A stretch of DNA of 64,000 nt. Source: Leptolyngbyaceae cyanobacterium. GTDB taxonomy: Bacteria; Cyanobacteriota; Cyanobacteriia; Phormidesmidales; Phormidesmidaceae. The notes under the pieces are model-generated. The model searched no databases. It saw only the letters and a program-made list of their open reading frames with translations, and was not told the DNA's origin. The translations under genes were made by a program, and so were the position numbers. Positions 1 through 11,825 of the stretch are shown here, piece after piece (within the stretch, counting starts at the first letter, position 1; each line of letters begins with the position of its first letter). Location of the stretch: positions 1,376,001 through 1,440,000 of the forward strand of contig CBDHHL010000032.1 in the NCBI GenBank assembly GCA_965263355.1. Reading direction: 5' to 3'.

Positions 1-1
1 T

Positions 2-2752
2 GGCTCTAGCCTATTAGACCGTAAGACCTTAGACCATTACGCCCAACAACTGCAGCAGTGGTTTGTGCCAAATGGCCAAGCTCAACTGACCCTGATGGCC
101 TGTAATGTAGCTCAGGGCAGTGTCGGTCAAGCGTTTATCCAGCAGCTGGCTGATATCACCTCGGCTGAAATTATTGCGAGTTCTCAAATCCTGGGTAATG
201 GTAACTGGCTACCCGCTGCTAACGCTCTATTTACAACAGAAACCCTAGATTGTTATCGTAGCACCCTAACCTGGACTGGGGTAGGCCCCACCCTTGGTCA
301 AGATATTGCCAATGAATTTGACATTGAGGTGGACAGTCAAGGAACACCTTACATTATCTTCCAGGATGGCAGCAACGACTCAAAACTCACGGTTAAACGG
401 TTTGATGGGACCAATTGGGTCGATGTCGGTACACCAGGATTTCCTGGCGGTGATACTAGCTTTGTAGGGTTAGAGTTTGACTCTAATGACACGCCCTATA
501 TTGCCTTTAGAGATAGTGCAAACAAAAGTAGAGCTACCGTAATGCAGTTTAACGGTAGTGATTGGGTCTATGTTGGCGACCCTGGTAAGGCTTCTGTGGG
601 TGGTTTGAAGGATATTAGCCTTACCTTTGATGGGGATACGCCCTATATTGCCTACACCGATAGAAGCCAGAATAGCGGAGCTACTGTGCGAACCTTTGAT
701 GGCACAGCTTGGATAGATGTTGGCCAGCCTGGGTTTTCGAGTGGTGCAATTGAGGCAGCTGACTTGAATGTGGATGGCAATGGTATTCCCTACATTGCTT
801 ATCTTTCGCTAAGTGGCCTCACAAATAAGGTCACTGTGCAACGGTTTGTTAATGGTCAATGGACTGTTGTTGGTACGGAGGCATTTTCTGCTGGAGCCGA
901 GTCCTACGCACCCGACATCGAATTTGACAATAATAATGTGCCCTATATTGTTTATCGTGCACGGGGCAATGGTGAAGGTAATAAAGCAATTGTAGAAACA
1001 TTCAACGGCACGGACTGGGTCCGAGTTGGTAATTCTGGTGCTTCTATTGCAGGCGGATTTCATCCTGATCTGGAGTTTGATAATAATAATGTTTTACATG
1101 TTGCTATTGTCGATCAGGCTAAGAAAGATAAGGTTTCGGTCAGAGTATTAGAGGGGAATAATTGGGTCTATTTTGGGGATGATGGATTTTCCATTGGTCC
1201 GATGAACTTTCCTGACCTTGAGTTTGATGCTAACAATATTCCCTATGTCCTCTATCGAGAGACCTTTGATGATACAGGGGCCAGGATTGATAGCGCCGTT
1301 GTTAAACGTTTGGGAGATCCACCTGTCATTGTTGATGAGATTGCGCCTGTACTGGCAAGTATTCGTCGTAAAGACCCCATAGATGAAATTGTTGAGGGCG
1401 GTACATTAGTTTTTGAGGCGACGTTTAGTGAAGCGGTGGTTGATGTTGACCCAGAGGATTTTGTTATTAATGGTCTGCCAACAGCCACCATTGATACTGT
1501 TACGGCCATCGACAGCACCCGTTATGAAATTTCTGTCATAGTAGGTGCCAGCAACTCTCTTGACGGAGTTGTTGGGCTTGATTTAGCTGGGGGCTCAGAT
1601 ATTACTGACATCGCTGGCAATGGCTTAAAGTTAGTCGAACCTGCCATTGATGAGGTTTATAAGATTGTTCAGCCAGAAATCCCAGTACTTCCCCCTGAAC
1701 CAGAGGAGCCGCCAGTAACTGAACCAGAGAAGCCGCCAGTAACTGAACCAGAGAAGCCGCCAGTAACTGAACCAGAGAAGCCGCCAGTAACTGAACCAGA
1801 GAAGCCGCCAGTAACTGAACCAGAGAAGCCGCCAGTAACTGAACCAGAGACTGAAATACCTTCCGTAAAGGATGATGATGTGACTGGCCTACTTGATATA
1901 GTACCGGCTATCAATGGTGTGGAAGTCACAGAATTGGGTAGTGATAATACGATCCGGTTAACGTTCTTGCAAGGAACAGTTACTAATGTCACTGAGGTTC
2001 TGATTTTTAGTGAGGCCAGTTCTGTTAATGGGCAGAACGAGATTGTTGGTCAGTTCTCACTACTGAATTATGCAGAATTGTTGATGGACCCTGTGCCTCG
2101 TTTCACAGTCGATAGTAACGCTGTTGCCTCCGGCGATAAGTTCCGGTTTGCTATTCAGGATGATGGTGCGACTTTGTTTGCAACCCCGACAACGCTATCT
2201 GAGTCTGCAGCGCGGCTAAACTTTGGTAATGGTTTTAGTTTTAATGTGGAGTTGGCAACCGAAACTGACACTACGAATCTGTTGGTCAACGATGCTCAGT
2301 CGATTGATTTAACTGGACAAGCGTCCACGATTGCGATGGAATTCTCGGCACATCGTGAGGCGGCCATGGACAATACGGTTGATTTGTATGCAGTTGATTT
2401 TGCTAATGGCGGCATCATTGATGAGCTTACAGGACAAACGCTAATGCCTGGAGATCCGGGGTATAAGGAAGCTGCGATCGCAAACCGATTGAACCTTAAC
2501 CTATCAGGCACAAACGGTGACGAAAATACCGTTGTCGCCCCAGTTACTGGTGGCATGCATCTGGGGATCTTTGTCATAATCGATGGGGTAGATCCCACTA
2601 CTGACGAAGTCTTCTTCAGCTATACCGGTGCTAATACCACCAAGCATGATTACATCAAGCATCTTGGCGACAATGCCTTTGGCATCGAGGATCAGTATGA
2701 CCTTGGCGATCGAGACTTTGATGATTTGGTTATTCAATTCTCCGTTGTCTAG
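2..2752 (+). CDS. Large extracellular repeat protein (DUF4347-like N-term, beta-propeller-type repeats, Ig-like domain, Pro/Glu linker, C-terminal DUF4114); 5'-truncated by the window edge
   Basis: Frame is open from nt 2 (GSSLLDRKTLDHYAQQLQQWF..LMACNVAQG); about 7 repeats of 'FD...PYIAY....K.TV..F.G..W..VG..GFS'; C-term 'REAAMDNTV..FGIEDQYDLGDRDFDDLVI' is DUF4114-like. Confidence 0.8.
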   Translation, partial: GSSLLDRKTLDHYAQQLQQWFVPNGQAQLTLMACNVAQGSVGQAFIQQLADITSAEIIASSQILGNGNWLPAANALFTTETLDCYRSTLTWTGVGPTLGQDIANEFDIEVDSQGTPYIIFQDGSNDSKLTVKRFDGTNWVDVGTPGFPGGDTSFVGLEFDSNDTPYIAFRDSANKSRATVMQFNGSDWVYVGDPGKASVGGLKDISLTFDGDTPYIAYTDRSQNSGATVRTFDGTAWIDVGQPGFSSGAIEAADLNVDGNGIPYIAYLSLSGLTNKVTVQRFVNGQWTVVGTEAFSAGAESYAPDIEFDNNNVPYIVYRARGNGEGNKAIVETFNGTDWVRVGNSGASIAGGFHPDLEFDNNNVLHVAIVDQAKKDKVSVRVLEGNNWVYFGDDGFSIGPMNFPDLEFDANNIPYVLYRETFDDTGARIDSAVVKRLGDPPVIVDEIAPVLASIRRKDPIDEIVEGGTLVFEATFSEAVVDVDPEDFVINGLPTATIDTVTAIDSTRYEISVIVGASNSLDGVVGLDLAGGSDITDIAGNGLKLVEPAIDEVYKIVQPEIPVLPPEPEEPPVTEPEKPPVTEPEKPPVTEPEKPPVTEPEKPPVTEPEKPPVTEPETEIPSVKDDDVTGLLDIVPAINGVEVTELGSDNTIRLTFLQGTVTNVTEVLIFSEASSVNGQNEIVGQFSLLNYAELLMDPVPRFTVDSNAVASGDKFRFAIQDDGATLFATPTTLSESAARLNFGNGFSFNVELATETDTTNLLVNDAQSIDLTGQASTIAMEFSAHREAAMDNTVDLYAVDFANGGIIDELTGQTLMPGDPGYKEAAIANRLNLNLSGTNGDENTVVAPVTGGMHLGIFVIIDGVDPTTDEVFFSYTGANTTKHDYIKHLGDNAFGIEDQYDLGDRDFDDLVIQFSVV
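1697..1850 (+). repeat. 24-bp coding tandem repeat, 6 full copies plus a partial (GAACCAGAGAAGCCGCCAGTAACT = EPEKPPVT)
   Basis: Read directly; only unit 1 differs, by 1 nt. Confidence 0.97.
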
Positions 2753-3475
2753 TTTGATTTCCTAGGGTACCGCTCTCTATAGGCTGCTTATCCCATAGAG
2801 CAAAAATAGTACCCCTACGCCTGGCTGGATATCCAGCCAGGCGTTTTATATGCAAAGTCGCCTAAAAAAGTTACGGGTTGACTCATCCCGTGCACTTACC
2901 TCCAACCCCTTATTTTCTGGGCAAAATCACCTACAGCTTCATCTTAAAAGGTTATCAGTATTCAAAGAAAACCTTGGTACACCTTTATACATGGAGAGCC
3001 AAACCCAAATGCTAGAAGGCTTTGGGGGTTTTTAAAAAACTTAGAAAAATATCCGGGTAAATCCGTAACTGTTCGAAGAGTAGAACGGATAGAATGCCTT
3101 GCTAGGGGCTATATCAAATCAAGTTTATCGTTCTTCTGTAGTCAGCATACCTGACTATGGTCAACTAATATCCAGGTTTTATAATCTCACAGCTTGACTA
3201 GCTTCCTCGCCCCAGGAAGCTAAGGGGCCATTGAGAAACACTGCCCGGCAGGATAGTGGTTTTTGCCTGGTATTCAACAAAAAACTCCTTAACTTTTGTT
3301 GATGCTGGCCCAGATATGGGAAAGCATTAGCTAGCGCTGCTTTATCAGCAATCAATCCGCGACTAATCCAGCAGTCTCAGATTGCAATGAGTTTAGTGCA
3401 TCTCTTAATTATATCATTAGCCTCTATGCGCTTTCTATTATCTGTCTTATCCCACATTCCCCTTAGCGAATTGTC

Positions 3476-3769
3476 ATGAAACAACAACGCTTTTGGCATA
3501 CCAAACGCCGTTGCCATATGTACCTGCCCGTTTCCAATTCTCCCGGCATGTTTATGTTCATGGGTAAACCGTGGAGTCCTAAGGCCTTACAAGCCCTAGG
3601 GTTTGTCCAAGAGCCCAACGAACAAAAAGTCGAACAGCCCAAACTTGTCTTTGGCGATCCCGAACGATTTCAGGGATCGTTCTGCAAGACTCAAGGCAAA
3701 GGATCCTCTCCATCTTGGGGAGCCATTGGTGGCTCTGGTGGCAAGGTAGGTCGAGCCCCTAAGAGTTAG
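3476..3769 (+). CDS. Small hypothetical protein with Gly-rich C-terminus
   Basis: 97-aa ORF followed by hairpin GTGCTCCCT..AGGGAGCAC (about 3794-3823); start may be a downstream ATG. Confidence 0.55.
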   Translation: MKQQRFWHTKRRCHMYLPVSNSPGMFMFMGKPWSPKALQALGFVQEPNEQKVEQPKLVFGDPERFQGSFCKTQGKGSSPSWGAIGGSGGKVGRAPKS

Positions 3770-4013
3770 CTTTGACTGCGCTCAGCTATAGGAGTGCTCC
3801 CTCTGACTGCACCCAGGGAGCACTTACGTTTATTACTTTCCCATTATCAGCCCTAGATGGATGATGGGACACCCTTAATATTTCGTTGAAAAATGCTATT
3901 TTTCAAAAGACTAAGGCATATTGCTTAAGGTTTATTTCAGATAGCTATTAGCGCTCAACCGTATGAGATCCTAGGGTACTCACGGATTCGTAGCATTTTA
4001 GACGCGCTTTTAG

Positions 4014-4988
<975 letters not shown>

Positions 4989-5092
4989 TTACTCATCTAT
5001 AAACAGATCCCAAAAAATCATCTTTCCTAGGGGCCTTTCCTGTACCATTGCCTGCGGGTTAACCCAACGCAGTTTCGGCACAGAATATCCCC

Positions 5093-5965
5093 ATGGCACA
5101 AGCAGACATCGGTATCATTGGCGGCAGCGGCCTTTATCAAATGGATGCCCTAACCGATATGGAAGAAGTAACCGTAGACACGCCCTTTGGTCAACCATCT
5201 GATGCCTTTATTTGCGGCCAGTTAAACGGTACACCGGTTGCCTTTTTGGCGCGCCACGGGCGTGGTCATCGGTTAATGCCAACGGAGCTTCCCTTTCGGG
5301 CAAATATCTATGCCATGAAAAGCCTCGGGGTGAAGTATTTAGTGTCGGCCTCGGCGGTGGGTTCCCTCAAAGAAGAGGTGAAACCGGTGGACATGGTAAT
5401 TCCGGACCAGTTTATTGACCGGACAAAAAATCGGGCAGCCACTTTTTTTGGGGATGGGATTGTTGCTCACATTGCGTTTGGTGATCCCGTTTGCAAAAAC
5501 CTGGCCACTATTTTGGGTGATGCTGTGGAAAGTCTAAATTTGGCTGGTGTGACGCTGCATCGGGGGGGGACCTATGTATGTATGGAGGGACCCGCCTTTT
5601 CCACTAAGGCAGAGTCTCATTTATATCGCAGCTGGGGGGCAACGGTGATTGGCATGACCAATCTGACCGAGGCAAAACTGGCACGTGAGGCGGAGATTGC
5701 CTACGCTACCTTAGCGATGGCAACTGACTATGACTGTTGGCATCCAGACCATGACAGCGTTACGGTGGACATGGTAATCGGTAATTTGCAGAAAAATGCT
5801 GTTAACGCCCAGCTAGTGATTCAGGATGTAGTACATCGACTAACGGAGAATCCACCGTCATCGGATGCCCACTCAGCCCTAAAGTATGCTGTCCTGACAC
5901 CATTGGATCGGGCTCCTATAGAGACAAAAAATAAACTAAAGCTTCTACTAGAGAAGTATATGTAA
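5093..5965 (+). CDS. mtnP: S-methyl-5'-thioadenosine phosphorylase
   Basis: [37 protein letters not shown]. Confidence 0.95.
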   Translation: MAQADIGIIGGSGLYQMDALTDMEEVTVDTPFGQPSDAFICGQLNGTPVAFLARHGRGHRLMPTELPFRANIYAMKSLGVKYLVSASAVGSLKEEVKPVDMVIPDQFIDRTKNRAATFFGDGIVAHIAFGDPVCKNLATILGDAVESLNLAGVTLHRGGTYVCMEGPAFSTKAESHLYRSWGATVIGMTNLTEAKLAREAEIAYATLAMATDYDCWHPDHDSVTVDMVIGNLQKNAVNAQLVIQDVVHRLTENPPSSDAHSALKYAVLTPLDRAPIETKNKLKLLLEKYM

Positions 5966-6148
5966 CGTTTAATAACCAATCGACAACGGCTGTAATCTAA
6001 ATGCATCAAGTATTTTTGATGCATAGTTTTGATCCCTGTGCCATATATCAAAGTCTAGACTCTGGCGATTTTTGTAGGTTTGTATAGTTTTAATAAAGCT
6101 ACGAAAACGTAGTTGAATTTTCGGACTCAATCTCGCTAAAAGTTACGG

Positions 6149-7330
6149 GTGCCTTCCTTTTGTTTAAGGGAGTGTTTTACTGTTTCGATCTGGGTTAAAG
6201 TTCATCTGCAAGGATACAGGGCTAATCTGTTGTGCGATCGCATATCTCAGTCAATGGTAGATTCTTTAAACGTTTCCAATGCTGAAGATGAATCGCCATC
6301 GTTGGGTGTAGTATATTCTCCCGATGATGGTGGTACATTCAAAGTAGCTATCTCTAATCAGGATGCACGTGTTTCCCCATCTTTAAATGACATCCCAAAA
6401 GAGACTTTCGCGATTAAGTCTAATGATTATGAAATGCCCAGGCATTGGCTGCAACGGTCTACCTCGTTATCGTTAGGCTCACTGTTGCTAACGGCAAAGG
6501 TGACCGCTAAGACCCTGCAGGTGTCTGGAGCCACGGACTACAATTTTTTGGTGATGCTGCCTGAGCAGACCAATGTGGACCTGACTGATTTGGGCACAGG
6601 TGAAGTGTTGGTCACTGGCCCCCATGGGTATTGTCAGGCTGCCAGCTTTGTTGCCATGAGAGGACATACCATTTGTTATCGCATTAATGCCCCAGATAGA
6701 ATCTGGACCCAGGCTGATAATGGTATTTATCGAATTCATGTAGGGTGTGATGAAGTCGGTTCTCCTGGCATGATACAAGCTTTTCTAGTGGAGATTTCAG
6801 AGAATATCGGTGATTGTCTGATGCAAAACGGTTGTTTTGAGAGCGGTTTGACCCACTGGGTAACGTTTGCAGGGACTGAACAGGTTGTCGCAGAGGCATA
6901 CGTCGGCATGGCAGCCTTGGTACTGTCCACTATGGATAGTGGTACAAGTCAAACTGTGGGTGTCAAACCCGGCGCTATCTATCAGTTAACCGGCTATGGT
7001 CGATCCACTTGCCAGGACTACAGCTCCTTTGGGATGACATTTTTTGATGCCAAGGGTAGTTTGTTATTGCGGACGGATGTGGGGCCGATTTACGCGACGG
7101 GCTGGCAAGATTATTTTGTTGTTGCGATCGCACCCACCAACGCCGCCTATGTTCAAGTATGGACTTATCAAAATTCTGATCAAGGAACAACCCACATCGA
7201 TAGTCTATCGCTGCAACAAATCCACGCAGACAACCTACCTCCTGTACAGGTGAGTCGGTTCTCTTTGATCAATGCTCCTTTAGCAGCAACGGATACAACC
7301 TTTTTACCAGTGTTTAATGTTGAGTTTTGA
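6149..7330 (+). CDS. Hypothetical protein with C-terminal carbohydrate-binding (CBM4/9-like) domain
   Basis: 'NGCFESGLTHW...QTVGVKPGAIYQL...IDSLSL' jelly-roll pattern; true start probably downstream of 6149. Confidence 0.6.
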   Translation: MPSFCLRECFTVSIWVKVHLQGYRANLLCDRISQSMVDSLNVSNAEDESPSLGVVYSPDDGGTFKVAISNQDARVSPSLNDIPKETFAIKSNDYEMPRHWLQRSTSLSLGSLLLTAKVTAKTLQVSGATDYNFLVMLPEQTNVDLTDLGTGEVLVTGPHGYCQAASFVAMRGHTICYRINAPDRIWTQADNGIYRIHVGCDEVGSPGMIQAFLVEISENIGDCLMQNGCFESGLTHWVTFAGTEQVVAEAYVGMAALVLSTMDSGTSQTVGVKPGAIYQLTGYGRSTCQDYSSFGMTFFDAKGSLLLRTDVGPIYATGWQDYFVVAIAPTNAAYVQVWTYQNSDQGTTHIDSLSLQQIHADNLPPVQVSRFSLINAPLAATDTTFLPVFNVEF

Positions 7331-7473
7331 ATTTTTAGTTGAAACCATCACTCAAAACAAAGGCCCAAGGTCATGGGCTAACAACCGTTCCGGACATAGG
7401 CAAGGATAATTTACACCAGGACATCCCCCATGTAGTGCTGAAGGGTTACCAATGGTTCTAGAATGCCTAATGT

Positions 7474-8076
7474 ATGGAGACCCTTCTGGAATACATTATG
7501 ACCGGTGAACTTGGTTATTCTTTACCCCCAGCTGTCCGTCGGATTGCCAATAACTTTCGCCTGGTGGGTTGGGTTGGCTTTTGGGCTCAGATTATTTTTG
7601 GCGTGATCGCTGCTTTACTTTTTGTCGTCTCTTTACTCGGTTTACTAGCCGTTGAGCGTGAGGCAGGGACGAACCCTGTGTCTAGTGTCTCAGTATTTTT
7701 GACAATATTAGGGGTGGTTGGTGTATTCGTAGGCGCATTTTGGGCGTTTCAATATACCCGATTTGCTAGGAAGCTTAAATCCAGTAACCCTGATATCCGA
7801 CCAAAACCTAAAAATGCAGCCCAAATGGTGACCACGGGTTTGGGTATTAGCGTTTTAGGTATGTTTTTGGGGCTCCTAGGAGCAGGTTCATCGGTGGGCC
7901 GGTTATTTATTAAGGTAATTTCATTACCCCCGGCTGGCACTCTTGTGAGACCTGACCAGGCGATTGAACCCGTTGATGTTTTTTTGATCCAGTCAACTAT
8001 CATCACGCTTTTGTGCCACTACGTAGGGATTGTTGGCTCACTATGGTTATCCCGTACCATCAACAAACAATCGTAA
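7474..8076 (+). CDS. DUF3611 family membrane protein
   Basis: 'FRLVGWVGFWAQI', 'PVDVFLIQ...HYVGIVGSLWL', 4 TM helices. Confidence 0.85.
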   Translation: METLLEYIMTGELGYSLPPAVRRIANNFRLVGWVGFWAQIIFGVIAALLFVVSLLGLLAVEREAGTNPVSSVSVFLTILGVVGVFVGAFWAFQYTRFARKLKSSNPDIRPKPKNAAQMVTTGLGISVLGMFLGLLGAGSSVGRLFIKVISLPPAGTLVRPDQAIEPVDVFLIQSTIITLLCHYVGIVGSLWLSRTINKQS

Positions 8077-8197
8077 TTCCGGTTAGACGGTCTCAAACCA
8101 GCCAATGACGTAGCCAGTGTCACAGTTGGCACGTTCGGAGCACTGATTTAATACAGCTTGGCTAGAGTAAAGTTATAGCCTTGTTTCTGGGAGGTGC

Positions 8198-8362
8198 ATG
8201 ATGCAAAAAAACCTATGCGTATGCGGCAGTGCTGACAAGTCAGCCCGTATTTGGTTGCTGTATCTACAAGGACGACTTTCTCCAGTACAACTGTTGGCCC
8301 TATGTAAGCTTTCTTTAAAGGACAATGACATTAGTCATGGCCAGCAGTCGTCTGCTGCTTAG
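8198..8362 (+). CDS. Putative 54-aa small protein (below ORF-track cutoff)
   Basis: GGAGGT RBS then ATGATG; MMQKNLCVCGSADKSARIWLLYLQGRLSPVQLLALCKLSLKDNDISHGQQSSAA*. Confidence 0.45.
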   Translation: MMQKNLCVCGSADKSARIWLLYLQGRLSPVQLLALCKLSLKDNDISHGQQSSAA

Positions 8363-8445
8363 AACGGCGTCAAGCGTAGAATAGGGATTCGTCACCAGGC
8401 AGATCTAAAAGTAGCCTCTACGATTCCCTATTTTGACTACCCTCT

Positions 8446-9294
8446 ATGAAATCATTGGCAGATCGCATACCAGCACCAACGCTGGTGATTTTGGCTGGAA
8501 TGGCGGTGCAGCTAGGGGCTGCCCTGGCAAAGTCCGTATTTGAATTGGCTGGCCCCTTGGGCACCGTGTTTCTCCGCGTGGCTCTCTCGGCAGTTTTATT
8601 GTCTATGCTGTGGCGACCTGGTTGGCAGGGACCCCGTAGTCACTGGTTCCTGGTAATGGCCTATGGTGGCATATTAGCGTTGATGAATATGTCTTTTTAT
8701 TTGGCCATCGATCGTATTCCCCTGGGTATTGCGACGGCGATTGAGTTTACTGGTCCCCTAGGGCTAGCGGTGATCAAGTCGCGCCGTGGGTTAGATGTTG
8801 TATGGGTAACGTTGGCAGCTGCGGGGGTAATTTTGTTAGCTCCTTTGCAGGGAAGTGATTTGGACCCCATGGGGCTGGGGTTTGCTGGGCTAGCCGCCCT
8901 GGCCTGGGCCGGTTACATTTTGCTGGCGGCGGCGACGGGCAAGGTGGTGCCAGGGATTGAAGGCTTGGCTTGGGCGATGGTGTTTGGTACCTGTATTTTG
9001 CTGCCCATTGGTATTGGCGCTGCAGGAACAGCCCTACTGGATATTCGTTTGCTAGGGATGGCCGCGGCGGTGGCAACCCTCTCATCGGCTACCTATGCTT
9101 TGGAGCTAATTGCGTTGCGGCGGTTGCCAGTGAATGTGTTTGGCGTATTGCTTAGTGTGGAGCCGATGTTAGCTACTGCGTCTGGATTTTTGGTTTTGGG
9201 GGAAACATTAACGGTGCGATCGCTAGTCGCCATTGTCTTAATTTCCATTGCCGCCGCTGGTGCTGCCCGATATAGCGTGCCGATTGGCGAATAA
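8446..9294 (+). CDS. EamA/DMT transporter, RhtA (threonine/homoserine exporter)-like
   Basis: 'AIDRIPLGIATAIEFTGPL', 'FGVLLSVEP', 10 TM. Confidence 0.88.
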   Translation: MKSLADRIPAPTLVILAGMAVQLGAALAKSVFELAGPLGTVFLRVALSAVLLSMLWRPGWQGPRSHWFLVMAYGGILALMNMSFYLAIDRIPLGIATAIEFTGPLGLAVIKSRRGLDVVWVTLAAAGVILLAPLQGSDLDPMGLGFAGLAALAWAGYILLAAATGKVVPGIEGLAWAMVFGTCILLPIGIGAAGTALLDIRLLGMAAAVATLSSATYALELIALRRLPVNVFGVLLSVEPMLATASGFLVLGETLTVRSLVAIVLISIAAAGAARYSVPIGE

Positions 9295-9304
9295 ATCAAT
9301 CAAT

Positions 9305-9328
9305 AAAAAAGGTGGGCAATGCCCACCT
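9305..9328 (-). terminator. Hairpin AGGTGGGCAATGCCCACCT with U-tract on the minus strand, between convergent genes
   Basis: Perfect stem preceded by an A-run on the + strand. Confidence 0.6.
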
Positions 9329-9404
9329 GACGTTGAATCATCCTAGAAAAGTTGGCACTGCTCAACTCTGCAACCAAATATCAGCTATGGTTAAAGCGCC
9401 ATGT

Positions 9405-10571
9405 TCAAACGACTGCTTCATTCAGCAATTCAGTGATGGCACGATGCTCAATGGGGGGCTCAGCTAAGACTTCTTGGCGGGTATCGGTAATTAGCCAGTC
9501 TAACGCCGCCTCTTGCATATCAATGGATGCACCAGTCTTGTCTACGCAGTAACGACCAAATACTAGCTTATCAATTAGACGGACGCCGGGGCCGATGCGA
9601 GAGTATTCAAAGATTACGCTCTTGTCCACCAGGGCACCGCTACAGATGCAGCAGTTGGGGCCAATCATACTAGGACCAACGATGGTCGCTCCATCTTCGA
9701 TTTCCGCCATTCCACCAATGTAGACCGGACCTTCTATGTTGATCTTGTCCCAGTTGGCTTTAACGTTCAAACCAGTGAAAACACCGGGTCTCACTTCCTG
9801 ACCAGGAATACTAACGCCTTTGACTTGACCAGTGAGGACATCCTGGATTGCTTGCCAATAGTCGGGCACCTTACCAATGTCCACCCACTCAAAGTCCATG
9901 GTGATGCCATAGAACGCTTCGTTAGCAGCCACTAGCTTAGGGAAAAGGTCGCCACCGATATCAAACTCTTGACCGGAGGGGATGTACTTAAAGATGTCAG
10001 GTTCAAAAATATAGATACCTGTATTGATATCAGTACTAAGTGCTTCTTCTACCTTGGGTTTTTCTTGGAACGATTTGATCCGCCCTGTGTTGTCTGTAAC
10101 GACGACGCCGTAGCTGGGCACCTGCATCAGGGGAACTGACTTCATCACGATGGTTGCGATCGCACCCTTTTCTTTGTGCTGACGTACAGCCTCAGTCAAG
10201 TCAAGATCGATCAGGGCATCTCCGCAGAGCACCACAAAGGTATCGTCAAAAAAGGGTGAAAAGTCTTGAATTTTGCGCATACCACCAGCAGAACCCAGGG
10301 CATCCCCTACGAGTTCCCCATTGGTAATGCGGCCTTCAAACGAATAGGCTAGTTCAACACCAAAGCGTTGACCATCTCTAAAATAGCCTTCAATTTCATT
10401 AGCAAGGTGGCTGACATTTGCCACAACTTGAGTAAAGCCGTGATGTTTTAGTAGCTCTAGTAAGAACTCCATCACTGGCTTTTGCAGGATAGGAATCATC
10501 GGCTTTGGAATGGTGTACGTGATGGGACGTACACGAGTGCCTTTCCCCGCGGCCAAGATCATGGCTTTCAT
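9405..10571 (-). CDS. cugP: NDP-sugar pyrophosphorylase, cyanobacterial UTP-glucose-1-phosphate uridylyltransferase type
   Basis: MKAMILAAGKGTRVRPIT, 'YSFEG', hexapeptide C-term, 'ALDWLITD'. Confidence 0.88.
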   Translation of the reverse strand: MKAMILAAGKGTRVRPITYTIPKPMIPILQKPVMEFLLELLKHHGFTQVVANVSHLANEIEGYFRDGQRFGVELAYSFEGRITNGELVGDALGSAGGMRKIQDFSPFFDDTFVVLCGDALIDLDLTEAVRQHKEKGAIATIVMKSVPLMQVPSYGVVVTDNTGRIKSFQEKPKVEEALSTDINTGIYIFEPDIFKYIPSGQEFDIGGDLFPKLVAANEAFYGITMDFEWVDIGKVPDYWQAIQDVLTGQVKGVSIPGQEVRPGVFTGLNVKANWDKINIEGPVYIGGMAEIEDGATIVGPSMIGPNCCICSGALVDKSVIFEYSRIGPGVRLIDKLVFGRYCVDKTGASIDMQEAALDWLITDTRQEVLAEPPIEHRAITELLNEAVV

Positions 10572-10964
10572 AAATGCTCTCTCTATTCCTTAATTAACAG
10601 CTAAGGGGTAAAAATAAACAGACGTTGCTGAACACTGACAGCAACGGCAACAAGCGCATAGCTCTAATTCATAAATTGACAGACACTATCGCAAGACAAA
10701 TGTTGGCATGACTCTAAATTTTGAATGCCGCCAAAATTTGCCATTGCCGATAAAAACTGGCATTTACCAGGAATAAAAAGCTCGGCAACGTCAAGATAGT
10801 AACAAGGGTGCTAATAGTATACCCATGCATATTGATGGACTTCATTCTTCCCTCATAGATGCCCGGACAAATATTGATTTTTGTATATACACGCCCAGAC
10901 ATGACACCAACTTAACGTCTTTCATTAAGAACAATTCCCTAATAGGCCGTGTAATTCTTTATCC

Positions 10965-11825
10965 TTAATCGGGAAGTACGTAAGCCGGAACCTCATCTAG
11001 GGTGGCTTCGTTTAACTGTCTGACTTTGAGGTCACGATAAAAGCGTTCCTGGGCAAGCTCTACTTTAGATTGAGACGATAAAAAGAGGAGTCCCCAAAAT
11101 ACGCCTACTTTTTCATGCCGATAATCTTCATCGGTTAATTCTTGAGTGATGGGCCCCCCCAAGACATCGGGACGGAAATGGGCCCAATGTTCTAACAGTC
11201 GCTCAAAATCCATCCATTCAATGGCACTTTCTAGCTCCTCCCAGTAACGATCTAGAAATGTAGAAAGGGCCTCGGCAATTTCCGATAAATTTTCCTGGTG
11301 GGCTAGCTGAGCAATGGTACTGATGGCTTTACGTTTGGAATGGGGTTTGGCCCCACGATGGCGATTACGCGGTGTAGGATTTGCCATGGCAACGGCCATC
11401 ATTTCTAGCTGAGTGATCAGTTCTTGGAGGGTGACATGGCGTTTTTCCGGCGGACTGGCCACCGCCCGTCGGTGAATATAGTGCTCTAGATTTTTAGGCA
11501 ACCGTTTGGCGTAACCCTGGGGTTCAAAGGATTCTTCCAGGTCTTCAAATTCCACCACTTCTTCTTCGACTTCAGCGCGGATCAGGGTATCGGCCTTAAG
11601 TAGCACTAGCATTGAGGCATAGAGAAAGGCTTGGCCCGATTCAGATAGGTTTTTTTCATAGGGAGAGCGACCGTTGGTGGCGATAGGCGCTTGCTCCTTT
11701 AGGCTTTTAAGAAACCGGTCAACCACATCAATGACATTGACATCCCACGGGTCGATTTCGCCCCGCTCTGAAAGATCAATGAGAAATGCGATCGCACGTT
11801 GCGCTAAGGAATTAGCCATAGACAC
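10965..11825 (-). CDS. scpA: Segregation/condensation protein A
   Basis: 'GEIDPWDVNVIDV', 'SGQAFLYASMLVLLKA', 'VGVFWGLLFLSSQSKVELAQ'. Confidence 0.9.
   Translation of the reverse strand: MSMANSLAQRAIAFLIDLSERGEIDPWDVNVIDVVDRFLKSLKEQAPIATNGRSPYEKNLSESGQAFLYASMLVLLKADTLIRAEVEEEVVEFEDLEESFEPQGYAKRLPKNLEHYIHRRAVASPPEKRHVTLQELITQLEMMAVAMANPTPRNRHRGAKPHSKRKAISTIAQLAHQENLSEIAEALSTFLDRYWEELESAIEWMDFERLLEHWAHFRPDVLGGPITQELTDEDYRHEKVGVFWGLLFLSSQSKVELAQERFYRDLKVRQLNEATLDEVPAYVLPD

Noticed and set aside
1697..1850. Possible CRISPR array
   Set aside because: Head-to-tail 24-bp units with no spacers, in frame inside a CDS
2850..3035. Short ORF (also 10714-10902, 54167-54412, 55437-55637, 61828-62031)
   Set aside because: No clear RBS, motif or coding-like composition; likely spurious
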